Assembly (NCBI GenBank): GCA_965207225.1
Contig: CBDBLV010000004.1
Coordinates: 576,001 to 640,000, forward strand
DNA: 64,000 nucleotides
Reading direction: 5' to 3'
From: Dehalococcoidia bacterium
GTDB taxonomy: Bacteria; Chloroflexota; Dehalococcoidia; Plut-88900
Shown here in pieces: positions 9,956 through 21,451 of the stretch (position 1 is its first letter; each line of letters starts with the position of its first letter). A program made the position numbers and the translations under genes. A model generated the notes under the pieces. The model did no database searches. It saw only the letters and a list, made by a program, of their open reading frames with translations, and was not told where the DNA came from.

Positions 9956-11038
9956 CTACCCCTGCTCCGTCATCACCTTCCGGCAGAACGTCGCAGCATT
10001 CACCAGGTCCGGTATCACCACGAACTCCCTGACAGTGTGCATCTCGTTTGTCGCCATCCCGACCACTATGCACTCTATCCCCTTCTGCCTCATCACGTTG
10101 GCATCCGTCCCTCCCCCCGAGGGCTCCAGCCTCAACGGCAGCCCCATCGAGTCCAGTGTGCGCCTCGCCATCTCCAGCATCTTCTCGCCAGGCTTCACAG
10201 TGTAGGTGTTGAACTCCACGGTGAACCCGTCCTCGATAATCGCTTCTTTGTACCGGTCACGCACCTGGTCGAAGATGCCCCGGGCCTGGAGCTGCAGCAG
10301 GTCCAGGGTCTCCAGGTTCACGCTTCGGAACTCGCCCGTGAAGGTCGCCTGCTCCGGGACGGCGTTCCGGACGCTTCCCCCCGAGATAGTCCCCACGTTA
10401 AACGTCGTCTCCTCGTCCAGCCGACCCTGCGGGAGCTCGCTGATGATCTCCGCAGCTATCTTGATGGCGGATAGGCCCTTCTCAGGCTCGACACCCGCGT
10501 GCGCCGACCTCCCGATAACCTTCACCTCGAAGCTCACGTAGGTCGGGCTGGACGCCGTGAGCTTGTTGACCGGGCCATTCCCGTCAAAGACCACAGCCTC
10601 GTTGGAAGTAATCATGGAGTAGTCCATGTTCCGGGCCCCGACCAGCCCGATCTCCTCGCCCCTGGTGAAAGCAAGCTGAATGTTCCGCCGGGGTAGATCG
10701 TCCTCAATGGCTGATTCCAGGCCCTCCAATATGGCTGCCACCCCGGCCTTGGCGTCGCCCCCGAGTATCGTAGTCCCATCGGAAACGATACGATCGCCCT
10801 CCACCCTCGGCTTGATCCCCCGGCCCGGCTCTACGGTATCCATGTGCGCCGAAAGCAGGAGTGGGTTCTCTCCCTCCTCCCGTGCGATCAGGTTCCCGTG
10901 GGCGTCCCTCAGCACCTCGAATCCCAGCTCCGACAGCCTTCGCGTTAGGTCTTGCGCAACTTCCTCTTCCTCGTCCGACGGGCTGTCTATCTGCACAAGG
11001 TCGCAGAAGGTCTTCACCAGGCGGTCTTCTTTGATCAT
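9956..11038 (-). CDS. M20 metallopeptidase (peptidase T-like)
   Basis: AHMDTV, GGDAKAG, EEIGL, AHAG, GGGTDAN, MH. Confidence 0.92.
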   Translation of the reverse strand: MIKEDRLVKTFCDLVQIDSPSDEEEEVAQDLTRRLSELGFEVLRDAHGNLIAREEGENPLLLSAHMDTVEPGRGIKPRVEGDRIVSDGTTILGGDAKAGVAAILEGLESAIEDDLPRRNIQLAFTRGEEIGLVGARNMDYSMITSNEAVVFDGNGPVNKLTASSPTYVSFEVKVIGRSAHAGVEPEKGLSAIKIAAEIISELPQGRLDEETTFNVGTISGGSVRNAVPEQATFTGEFRSVNLETLDLLQLQARGIFDQVRDRYKEAIIEDGFTVEFNTYTVKPGEKMLEMARRTLDSMGLPLRLEPSGGGTDANVMRQKGIECIVVGMATNEMHTVREFVVIPDLVNAATFCRKVMTEQG

Positions 11039-11051
11039 CGTTGCTCCTCGG

Positions 11052-12236
11052 CTATTTGCGAAACTCGTTTATGCGGGACATGCGGTTCCGGACTATCTCC
11101 AGGGTTTCCAGTTTCTTGGGAAAGGCGAAGCGCACGAACTGCTTGCCATGCTCCGGACTGCGGTAGAACGCCCGACCCGGCACAGGCGTCACGCCTATGG
11201 TCTCGGCCATGAACATGGCGAAGGCCAGGTCGTCGTCATAGCCGCAGTCCGGGTATTCGGTCATAACGTAGTAGGCCCCCTGGGGCGTGACGTAGTCGAA
11301 TCCCGACTCCCTCAATATTTCCAGCGTCACGTCCCGTCGTGCCTGGTATTCGGCTGCCAGTCCCTCGAAGTAGCTCATTGAAAAGCTCATACCCTTGGCA
11401 GCAGCCATCTGCAAGGGGTGCGCCGCCCCGACCGTCAGGAAATCGTGCGCCCGACGTATCGCCGTGCACAGCGTCGCATCCATCACTATCGCCCACCCGA
11501 TGCGCCAGCCCGTAACGCTGTACGTCTTGGACACGCTGTTGACAGTCACGGTCCGCTCCGCCATCCCCGGCAGCGACGCAATGCTCCGGTGCTTCAGCCC
11601 GTCGAAGATGATGTGCTCGTAGGGTTCGTCGGAGAAGACCAGGGCGTCGAATTCCTGGCAGAGCTCGGCAATGACGCCTAGTTCCTCGTCTGAGAACACC
11701 TTGCCGCACGGGTTGTGAGGGGTGGTGATTACCATCGCCTTCGTCTTGGATGAAAAAGCTTTTCGGAGCTCATCGGGGTCGAACCTGAACTCGTCTCCCA
11801 CCCGACGCAGCGGCACGTACACAGGCTTCCCGCCTGATATCAGTGTGTCCGGCCCGTAGTTCTCGTAGAACGGCTCGAAGATGATGATCTCATCGCCCGG
11901 GTCCACCAGCCCGAGCATCGTGGCCATCATCGCCTCGGTGCCGCCGCAGGTAACCGTCACGTGGGCGTCGGGCTCGGGTGTCAGGCCGTTATACCACCCG
12001 AACTTCTCCGCAATCGCCTCCCGCAGAGGCCCGGCCCCCCACGTGTTGGCGTACTGGTGGAAGTCGCCCCTCAGGGCCCCCTCTGCAGCCTCCACCAGAG
12101 CTGTGGGTGGCGGAAAGTCGGGAAACCCCTGCGCCATGTTCACCCCGCCCAGGTTGTTGTTTATCCGAGTCATGTCCCGGATTATCGACTCGGTAAAATG
12201 CTGGACCCGGTCCGCCGTGTGTCTTTCGCTGGACAA
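11052..12236 (-). CDS. Class I/II PLP aminotransferase (YbdL-like)
   Basis: QGFPDF, TPHNPCG, SDEPYE, SKTYSVTGWRIG. Confidence 0.93.
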   Translation of the reverse strand: MSSERHTADRVQHFTESIIRDMTRINNNLGGVNMAQGFPDFPPPTALVEAAEGALRGDFHQYANTWGAGPLREAIAEKFGWYNGLTPEPDAHVTVTCGGTEAMMATMLGLVDPGDEIIIFEPFYENYGPDTLISGGKPVYVPLRRVGDEFRFDPDELRKAFSSKTKAMVITTPHNPCGKVFSDEELGVIAELCQEFDALVFSDEPYEHIIFDGLKHRSIASLPGMAERTVTVNSVSKTYSVTGWRIGWAIVMDATLCTAIRRAHDFLTVGAAHPLQMAAAKGMSFSMSYFEGLAAEYQARRDVTLEILRESGFDYVTPQGAYYVMTEYPDCGYDDDLAFAMFMAETIGVTPVPGRAFYRSPEHGKQFVRFAFPKKLETLEIVRNRMSRINEFRK

Positions 12237-12422
12237 AACAACCCCAAACTTCTAGCCCGTGAAATCGGCCCATTCTAACACGTACCCTCCTTCATCCCCG
12301 ACACCAACCCGTAAACCCATCCCCGGATCAAGGCCGCCCATGCTGGGATCTGCATCAATGGGAATATGATGAGGGTGAACCTTGAGCTAATTGGTGTACA
12401 ATGGACGAATAGGTGAGCAGCA

Positions 12423-12623
12423 ATGACTAGTCTGGCCGAAATCAAGGAAGCCATCCAAAACTTGCCCCCCGCCGACTTCGCTGAAATAGCCCAGTGGTTC
12501 AATGACCTGCAAGAGGACTTGTGGGACCAGCAAATCGAAGCCGATGCAGATGCCGGCCGTCTTGACTTCTTCAAAGAACAAGTCGAGCAGGCCCTGGCAG
12601 CCGGCACTGTGAGAGACCTGTAG
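12423..12623 (+). CDS. Small acidic antitoxin-like protein
   Basis: 66 aa, WDQQIEADADAGRLD motif typical of partners of ParE-like toxins; AGGTG RBS. Confidence 0.75.
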   Translation: MTSLAEIKEAIQNLPPADFAEIAQWFNDLQEDLWDQQIEADADAGRLDFFKEQVEQALAAGTVRDL

Positions 12624-12877
12624 CGCACCGTACCATACCCCAGTTTTGGGAACACCTCGCCTCCCTGCCCGAGCCGATTCAGCAGGTCGCCCACCGTAAC
12701 TTTCAACGCCTCAAGGAAGACCCTGCCTACCCATCCCTCCGCTTCAAGAAAGTCGGAGACTACTGGGTAGCTCGCGTCGGACCTAATTGTCGTGCCCTCG
12801 CCGTGACCAGGGGGGCAGACCTGTTTTGGGTCTGGATCGGCCCTCATGACGCCTACGAACGAATAATCAGTTCCTGA
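12620..12877 (+). pseudogene. ParE/RelE-like toxin reading frame lacking a canonical start codon (missed by ORF track)
   Basis: Manual translation VAHRTIPQFWEHLASLPEPIQQVAHRNFQRLKEDPAYPSLRFKKVGDYWVARVGPNCRALAV..WIGPHDAYERIISS*; first codon GTA. Confidence 0.75.
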
Positions 12878-12899
12878 TTCCCCCATCCCCGTCTCCCCA

Positions 12900-13106
12900 T
12901 CCCGTCATCCCCGCCACAGAGAGTCGGAATCCATCCCCGGGCGGTGAGGCCGCTCATGCTGAGAGGCCCTCTTAAGCATGCCCCGAGTCCCTCGAGGGGT
13001 ATGAGCGGGGGGGAGGCTCGCGTACAGTCCACCCGTCGCGCCCTTCCACATCCACTCCCCTCTCTGTCATCCCGAGGCCCCGCGAGGGATCTAGGACTTG
13101 CCCACC
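12900..13106 (+). repeat. Cluster of REP-like palindromic repeats upstream of cassette 1
   Basis: GTCATCCCCG..GGAATCC, GCCGCTC..GAGCGG and GTCATCCCGAGGCCCCGCGAGGGATC units; reverse copies at 23065-23357, 58730-58797 and 59717-59745. Confidence 0.75.
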
Positions 13107-13159
13107 TACATCTTTCCATGTCATACCTTCCCTTCTCCCCCGACCCCACCTCCCACCTA

Positions 13160-13187
13160 TTGATTTTGTAAATGTATGTGCTATACT
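13160..13187 (+). promoter_or_regulatory. sigma70-like promoter of cassette 1
   Basis: TTGATT-16-TATACT with TG extended -10, in an AT-rich patch. Confidence 0.65.
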
Positions 13188-13379
13188 TATGTTCGTGGCA
13201 CCGGCCTCGTTACCCGGGCCACCAAACCAGGAAAGGACTAAAGGAGTCCCATGAGCCGCATAGGCCTCACATGGCCCCGTCGCACCCGGTCGGTATGGGA
13301 CCGACCCTCTGCCGACACGCACCTCCTCCCCACTACCTTTCCGCCTACCGTGTCCCTCAGCCCTTCACCCTTCCCCCGT

Positions 13380-13808
13380 GGAAGTTCAAAGCCCAGCGCC
13401 CCCTCTCGACCACTGTCGTCCGGCGTCACTAAGGAGCCGCAACTTACCTTGCTGCCCCACCCGGACGTGGATGCCCGCGGTTTTCCGCGGAAGGACCCCA
13501 CCTGCGCCCATAGCGGCGTACGGATGGATGCCTGCTTTCACTCGCTGCAGATGTTCCCACGGCTAACCCCCGCGAGTGCCCCCCTCCGCCGTGGATGCCT
13601 GCCCAGGCTCGCCGCAGATGTATTTCCCACAGCTAACCCTTTGCGAGCTTTCCCCTCCGCTGTGGATGCCCGCGCCTTTGCGCGGAGGTACGCCCGCAAC
13701 GCCCTACCCGGCCTTGCGAAGATTGCCCGGGCCAACGCCCAGGCGATTGCCCACGTTCCAACCCCCGACGCCCCGGCTTACGCCGCAGAGGGGGCGCTGG
13801 CAACTTCC
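13380..13808. ncRNA. Putative structured non-coding domain, cassette 1 (unknown family)
   Basis: Perfect 14-bp terminal IR CCAGCGCCCCCTCT (13393-13406)/AGAGGGGGCGCTGG (13787-13800) plus outer GGAAGTT/AACTTCC; four TGGATGCC-led modules. Confidence 0.5.
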
Positions 13809-13853
13809 TCATTTAGTTCCTCTTCCTCCTACGCCATCCCCTCCCTTATTCCT

Positions 13854-13971
13854 AGTACTGAACTAGAGGCAAGCGCCTGCGCCATGGCGCAGGCGCTTGC
13901 CTCTGTTTTTTCCTCCCCCTCTCCCTTGAAGGCCCTAAGGGAGAGGGGGATCAAGGGGGTAAGGGTTCCCC
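13854..13971 (+). repeat. Variable-palindrome repeat, copy A
   Basis: AGTACTGAACT + perfect 40-bp palindrome 13865-13904 + TCCCCCTCTCCCTT hairpin. Confidence 0.8.
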
Positions 13972-14175
13972 TCCCCGCCCCTTAAACAATCAAACCCATG
14001 CCTGAAACCCCAATTCAATCAAAACCTCCCTAGAATCCGGGAGTCCCTTCCCCCACAATTGAATGCCCCGGCCACCGTCCGACCCCCGGCCGCTTGACCT
14101 GAACGCCCATAGGCGTAACAATGGCGCCCACAGGCCGGTCTTTACCCAATCGACTAGACGCAGGGGGTGAACGGG

Positions 14176-15276
14176 ATGGGATACCGGATTATTTCAGCGG
14201 ACAGCCACCTCGATCTGCAGTGGCTTCCCCACGACGCCTTTACTTCCAGGGCCCCGGCTGAGTGGAAGGACAAGGTCCCGTACGTCGAGGCCCGCCCCGA
14301 CGGCAACTACTGGATGGTCGAAGGCCGCACCATGACCCGCGCCGGCTGGTATGGCCCGGGCGTCAACGGCGGCAAGCGCGGCGAGATGCTCGAAAGGGAG
14401 GGCTTCACCGTCGGCGACCTCCGCTGCTCCGACTACCAGCTCAGAAAGGCCGACCAGGAACGCGACGGCGTCGACGCCGAGGTCATCTACGGCATCCTCA
14501 CCACCGACCGCAGCTTCGACGACAAGGAAGCCCTCGCCGCCACCTACCGCGCCTACAACGACTACATCTCCGAATGGCAGCAATACGACCCCGACTGGCT
14601 CGTGCCCCTCGGCGAGATCCCCAACCATGACGGCAAGGCCGCCGGCGGTGAGCTCTCCCGCCTGGCCGAGATCGGTGTCCGCGGCGCTGAGTTCGCCCCG
14701 GCAACCATGACTCACCCCTTCTGGAGCGACGAGTGGGAGCCCCTCTGGGATGCCGGCGAAGAGACTCAGCTTCCCGTCTCATTCCACGCCTTCAACATCT
14801 CGACCACCTTCTCCGACAAGGACCACCCCTCCGCCGCCGCCGTCAGCCTCTGTCTCGCCCCATCACGCGCCGACGAAGTCCTCTGCGCCCTCATCTTCTC
14901 CGGCGTCCTCGAACGCCACCCGAGACTCAACGCCATCCTCGGCGAGAGCGGCATCGGCTGGCTGCCCTTCATGCTGGAGCGCATGGACTACTCTTACGAC
15001 CGCCGCCTCACCGACCTCGAACTCCCCCTCCTCCCCTCCGAGTACTTCAAGCGGCAGGTCTACGCCAGCTTCATCATCGACTACTGGGGCACAAAGGCCA
15101 TGTGGGAGCTCGGCTACCTAAAGAACATCATGTGGTCCACCGACTACCCCCACCGCGATGGCTCCTGGCCCGACTCCCAGGAGATCATCGACCGCACCTT
15201 CAAGGACCTCCCTGAGGACGTCAAGAAGGCCTGCGTCCACGACAACGTCGTCCGCCTCTTCAACCTCAACGACTGA
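14176..15276 (+). CDS. Amidohydrolase_2 family protein
   Basis: SADSH, EVIYG, SFH, GESGIGWLP, WSTDYPH. Confidence 0.92.
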   Translation: MGYRIISADSHLDLQWLPHDAFTSRAPAEWKDKVPYVEARPDGNYWMVEGRTMTRAGWYGPGVNGGKRGEMLEREGFTVGDLRCSDYQLRKADQERDGVDAEVIYGILTTDRSFDDKEALAATYRAYNDYISEWQQYDPDWLVPLGEIPNHDGKAAGGELSRLAEIGVRGAEFAPATMTHPFWSDEWEPLWDAGEETQLPVSFHAFNISTTFSDKDHPSAAAVSLCLAPSRADEVLCALIFSGVLERHPRLNAILGESGIGWLPFMLERMDYSYDRRLTDLELPLLPSEYFKRQVYASFIIDYWGTKAMWELGYLKNIMWSTDYPHRDGSWPDSQEIIDRTFKDLPEDVKKACVHDNVVRLFNLND

Positions 15277-15299
15277 CCTCTACATTCCCACCAACGACA

Positions 15300-15331
15300 A
15301 ATCGGCGGGTGCGATATCGCACCCGCCGATT
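15300..15331. terminator. Perfect 32-bp palindrome between convergent genes (probable bidirectional terminator)
   Basis: AATCGGCGGGTGCGAT|ATCGCACCCGCCGATT. Confidence 0.6.
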
Positions 15332-15359
15332 CATTTGTTGAACTTATCGAAGCTTAGGG

Positions 15360-16274
15360 CTATCCGATTGCCGGCGCGGCCTCTCGGGCCAGGACGCCCA
15401 AGTCGCTCATCAGACCTTCCAGCCTCGATTCCTGCTCCGCGGTCAGGGGCCTGAACGGGGAGCGCGGAATGCCGATGTCCACGCCAGCCATTGCCGTGGC
15501 GGCCTTTGCGGTAGCGGCGTATCCCTCGGTCTCGAAGAAGTGGTTCAGGCGGTACAGCGGTCTCCACAGTTCGCGGGCGGCGTGCCAGTCCTTGCGCTCA
15601 ACCACCAGCTCGAAGAGCTCCACACAGCGCCCGGGAGTCGCATTGGCTACGCCCCACACGCAGCCCTTGGCCCCGTGCAGCAGCCCGGCCAGAGAACCGG
15701 TGTCCGAGCCGTTGAAGATGATCAGGTCTTCAGACCTCTCCTCCAGCACCCGTTGGAACTGGACTAGGTCCCCGGTGGAGTCCTTGATCATCTGGACGTT
15801 GGGTATTTCCACCAACCGGGCCAGGACCTCGGGGGTGAGATTGACCTTCGAGTGGGCGGGGATGTTGTAGACCATGATTGGCAGGGGGACCGCATCGTTG
15901 ACGGCCTGGTAGTGGTCGACCAGCTCCTGGGTGGTGGGCACCTCGTAGAAGGGCGGCACGATCATCAGGGCGTCGCAGCCTGCGGCCTCGGCGTGCTTGC
16001 TCAGCTCTATCACTTCCCAGGTGCTGCATGCGCCCGTGTGGGCCATGACCGGCACCCGACCCGCCACCTGGTCTACGGTCATCTCGGTGACCCGCTTCCG
16101 CTCCTCGAAGCTCAGGCTTGCGAACTCGCCGGTGCCGCCGCATGGGATGATCCCGTGGACACCGTTCTCCAGCTGGAACTCGATGAGCCTTCTCAAGCTC
16201 CCCTCATCGATGCTCTGGTCTCCCCGGGAGAAGGGGGTACAGATAGGGGTATAGATACCTCTGAATTTGCTCAC
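15360..16274 (-). CDS. DapA/N-acetylneuraminate lyase family aldolase
   Basis: GGTGE, YNIP, IKDS; GTG start after AAGGAGG. Confidence 0.92.
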   Translation of the reverse strand: MSKFRGIYTPICTPFSRGDQSIDEGSLRRLIEFQLENGVHGIIPCGGTGEFASLSFEERKRVTEMTVDQVAGRVPVMAHTGACSTWEVIELSKHAEAAGCDALMIVPPFYEVPTTQELVDHYQAVNDAVPLPIMVYNIPAHSKVNLTPEVLARLVEIPNVQMIKDSTGDLVQFQRVLEERSEDLIIFNGSDTGSLAGLLHGAKGCVWGVANATPGRCVELFELVVERKDWHAARELWRPLYRLNHFFETEGYAATAKAATAMAGVDIGIPRSPFRPLTAEQESRLEGLMSDLGVLAREAAPAIG

Positions 16275-16431
16275 ATTACTCCTCCTTATTGGTGCAGTCC
16301 CGTTGGACTGCCCTTGCGGTCTCAGTGGTTGAATGCTAGCAAAGCCCGACACCCCTGACAACTCCGCAATAGGCCGTGCTAGAATCCTCCCGAATGGCCC
16401 GAAGACTATACCCACCTTTTGGAGGAATAAC

Positions 16432-16884
16432 GTGCAGGTAGAACAGAAGCTGCAAGAACTGGGCATAACCTTGCCCGAGGTCCGGGACCCGGTCGGCAAC
16501 TACGTCCCGACCGTCCGAACCGGGAACCTTCTCTACGTCTCAGGCCACATAGGAGACCTGACCGACGCCCTCGGCCAGCTGGGCACGGATCTCACGGTGG
16601 AGGAGGGGTACGAAGCCGCCCGAAAGACGGCAATTGCACTCCTTGGTTCAGTGAAGGGCGCCATCGGTGACCTGGACAAGGTTAAGAGGGTGGTCAAGCT
16701 GCTGTGTATGGTCAATGCGGCAGTCGGGTTCACGCAGCACCCCTCGGTTGCCAACGGATGCTCGGACTTGCTGGTGGAGGTATTCGGGGAAAAGGGTCGG
16801 CATGCCAGATCAGCCATAGGCTTCTCCGGCCTTCCCGGCAACGGCTGCATCGAGATAGAGATGATCCTCGAAATCGAGGATTAA
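16432..16884 (+). CDS. RidA family protein
   Basis: GNYVP, LYVSG, ANGCSDLL, GRHARSAIG, EIE; GGAGG RBS. Confidence 0.92.
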   Translation: MQVEQKLQELGITLPEVRDPVGNYVPTVRTGNLLYVSGHIGDLTDALGQLGTDLTVEEGYEAARKTAIALLGSVKGAIGDLDKVKRVVKLLCMVNAAVGFTQHPSVANGCSDLLVEVFGEKGRHARSAIGFSGLPGNGCIEIEMILEIED

Positions 16885-16908
16885 GGAGTGCCTTCCTAGG
16901 GAGCCGGC

Positions 16909-17208
16909 ATGGATATCAGTGCCCCGATACATCCCAGAGAACATTTGGCCGAAATCATAGAAGAGTTGGATATAAGCCAATATCGCCTTGCCGTCACTAT
17001 TGGAGTGCCGCCCAGACGAATCAACGAGATTGTGCATGGCAGGCGCTCCATAACTGCCGACACAGCACTCCGAATTGGCAAGGCCCTTGACATGACTCCC
17101 GAGTTTTGGCTCAACCTCCAGCGGATGTTTGATCTGGATGTCGCTAGTGCGACAACGGATGTCTCCGGGATTGATACGCTCGTCCCGAGTCCGAAAGGCT
17201 CCCCGTGA
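16909..17208 (+). CDS. higA: HigA-family antitoxin (no adjacent toxin)
   Basis: PIHP.E.L, ISQYRLA, RINEIVHGRRSITADTALR, FWLNLQ. Confidence 0.9.
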   Translation: MDISAPIHPREHLAEIIEELDISQYRLAVTIGVPPRRINEIVHGRRSITADTALRIGKALDMTPEFWLNLQRMFDLDVASATTDVSGIDTLVPSPKGSP

Positions 17209-17231
17209 AAGCAGGTCTTCCTCGATTTGCG

Positions 17232-19916
<2,685 letters not shown>

Positions 19917-19998
19917 TGGTCTCTCGTTTACGAAGTTTGTGGAAAGGCATCGGCGGGACGGCTCACGGGTGGGAGTATATCACGCAGCACCGAGCAGA

Positions 19999-21372
19999 TT
20001 AGGCGAGCTCTCGTTCCACATCCGAGAGCACCTTGTCCACCTGCCCGACCACGTAGTCGATCTCGTCTCGGGTGACGATGAGCGGGGGAATCAGGAATAT
20101 GATGTCGCCCCTCTGTCGGGCGAGGAGGCCGTGGCGGAGGAAGGCTGCGGTAATCTTTTGGCCGAGAGCTGCGTCTGCCGGGAAGCGCTCGCGGGTGTTC
20201 CTGTCCTTGACCAGCTCAATGCCGCAGAGGAGTCCCAGGCCGCCACGTATGTCTCCGACTATGGGGTGTTCGTAGAGGGTCTGTAGCTGGTCGAAGAGGT
20301 AGGCGCCCATCCTGGCGGAGTTCTCGACCAGGCCTTCGCGGTCGAGGATGTCCAGGTTGGCAAGCGCTGCGGCACAGGCGGCCGGGTGTCCGCCGAAAGT
20401 GAAGATGTGACGGAACATCTCGCGGTCGCCGCCAATGAAGGTGTCGGCGACTTTCCTGGTGGCGATGGCGGCGCCGATGGGCTGGTACCCGCTGGACAGG
20501 CCCTTGGCCCCGACCAGGATGTCGGGCACGAGGTCCCAGTGGTCGGAGGCGAACATCTTGCCCGTGCGACCAAAGCCTGTGACCACTTCATCGGCGATGA
20601 TGAGGACGCCGTAGCGGTCGCAGATGGAGCGGACGGTGGGCCAGTAGTCGGGGTGGGGGACGGTACAGGTGGCGGCGGAAAGGGGTTCGGCGACGAAGGC
20701 GGCGACAAGCTCGGGACCCTCGTCGAGGATGGCCCTCTCCACGTCCTGGCCGCACTGCAGGGTGCATTCGCCCATCTGGCTGCAATAGAGGCAGCGGTAG
20801 GGGTTGGGCATGGAGACGTGAACGTTGCCCGGCATCAGGGGTCCGAAGTCCTTGTCACCAGCGCCGGCCCCTCCGCCGAGGCTGATGGTGGCGAGGGTGC
20901 CGCCGTGGTATGAGCCGATCCTGCTTATGACCTTGTAGCGGCCCGGTTCGCCGCGGAGCTTGTGGTATTTCTTGGCCATTTTGAGGGCGGTCTCAATGCC
21001 CTCGGAGCCGCCGCTGACCAGGAAGACCCGGGACTCCTTGTCGGGGGCGAGGGAGGCGAGCTTTTCGACGAGGCGCAGTGCTGGCTCGTTGGTGGTGTGT
21101 TCCGGGGAGTAGTTGATCTTCACCAGCTGGTCTGCCACTGCGTCTGCGATCTCCCGACGGCCGTAGCCTACATTCTGCAGCTGCATCCCGGAGATGAGGT
21201 CGAAATAGCGGTTGCCGTGGATGTCCTCGACCCAACAGCCCTCTCCCCTTTCGACGATGTTGAGGCCGCCGGGCTGGGATAGCTCCGCGACCTGTTGGGA
21301 ATGAGGCCAGAAGTGGTCGGCGGCGATCTGCTGGAGCCGGTCGAAGCGTTCAGATGGGGTCGGGGATATCAC
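19999..21372 (-). CDS. Class III PLP aminotransferase (omega-amino acid type)
   Basis: SGGSE, YHG, ADEVVTGFGRTG, AKGLSSGY; start uncertain. Confidence 0.92.
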   Translation of the reverse strand: MISPTPSERFDRLQQIAADHFWPHSQQVAELSQPGGLNIVERGEGCWVEDIHGNRYFDLISGMQLQNVGYGRREIADAVADQLVKINYSPEHTTNEPALRLVEKLASLAPDKESRVFLVSGGSEGIETALKMAKKYHKLRGEPGRYKVISRIGSYHGGTLATISLGGGAGAGDKDFGPLMPGNVHVSMPNPYRCLYCSQMGECTLQCGQDVERAILDEGPELVAAFVAEPLSAATCTVPHPDYWPTVRSICDRYGVLIIADEVVTGFGRTGKMFASDHWDLVPDILVGAKGLSSGYQPIGAAIATRKVADTFIGGDREMFRHIFTFGGHPAACAAALANLDILDREGLVENSARMGAYLFDQLQTLYEHPIVGDIRGGLGLLCGIELVKDRNTRERFPADAALGQKITAAFLRHGLLARQRGDIIFLIPPLIVTRDEIDYVVGQVDKVLSDVERELA

Positions 21373-21451
21373 AACAGCAACCCTAAGATGCCGGTTTCCT
21401 GAGGAACGTTCGGAAAGGAGGGCAAGAAGCAGACTCAAAGAAAAAAGGCAC

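Noticed and set aside
13182-13195. LexA (GAAC-N4-GTTC) box at the cassette promoters
   Set aside because: Only a GTTC half-site in cassettes 1 and 2; no full dyad.
13468-13690. Possible CRISPR array (regularly spaced TGGATGCC)
   Set aside because: The repeat is only 8-12 nt, the spacers resemble each other, and no cas genes are present.
13251-13985. 244-aa ORF with a good RBS (AAAGGAG) downstream of the cassette 1 promoter
   Set aside because: Low-complexity P/A/R/S sequence that reads through dispersed repeats and a palindrome, with no counterpart in cassettes 2 and 3. Not called as CDS, but translation initiation here cannot be excluded.
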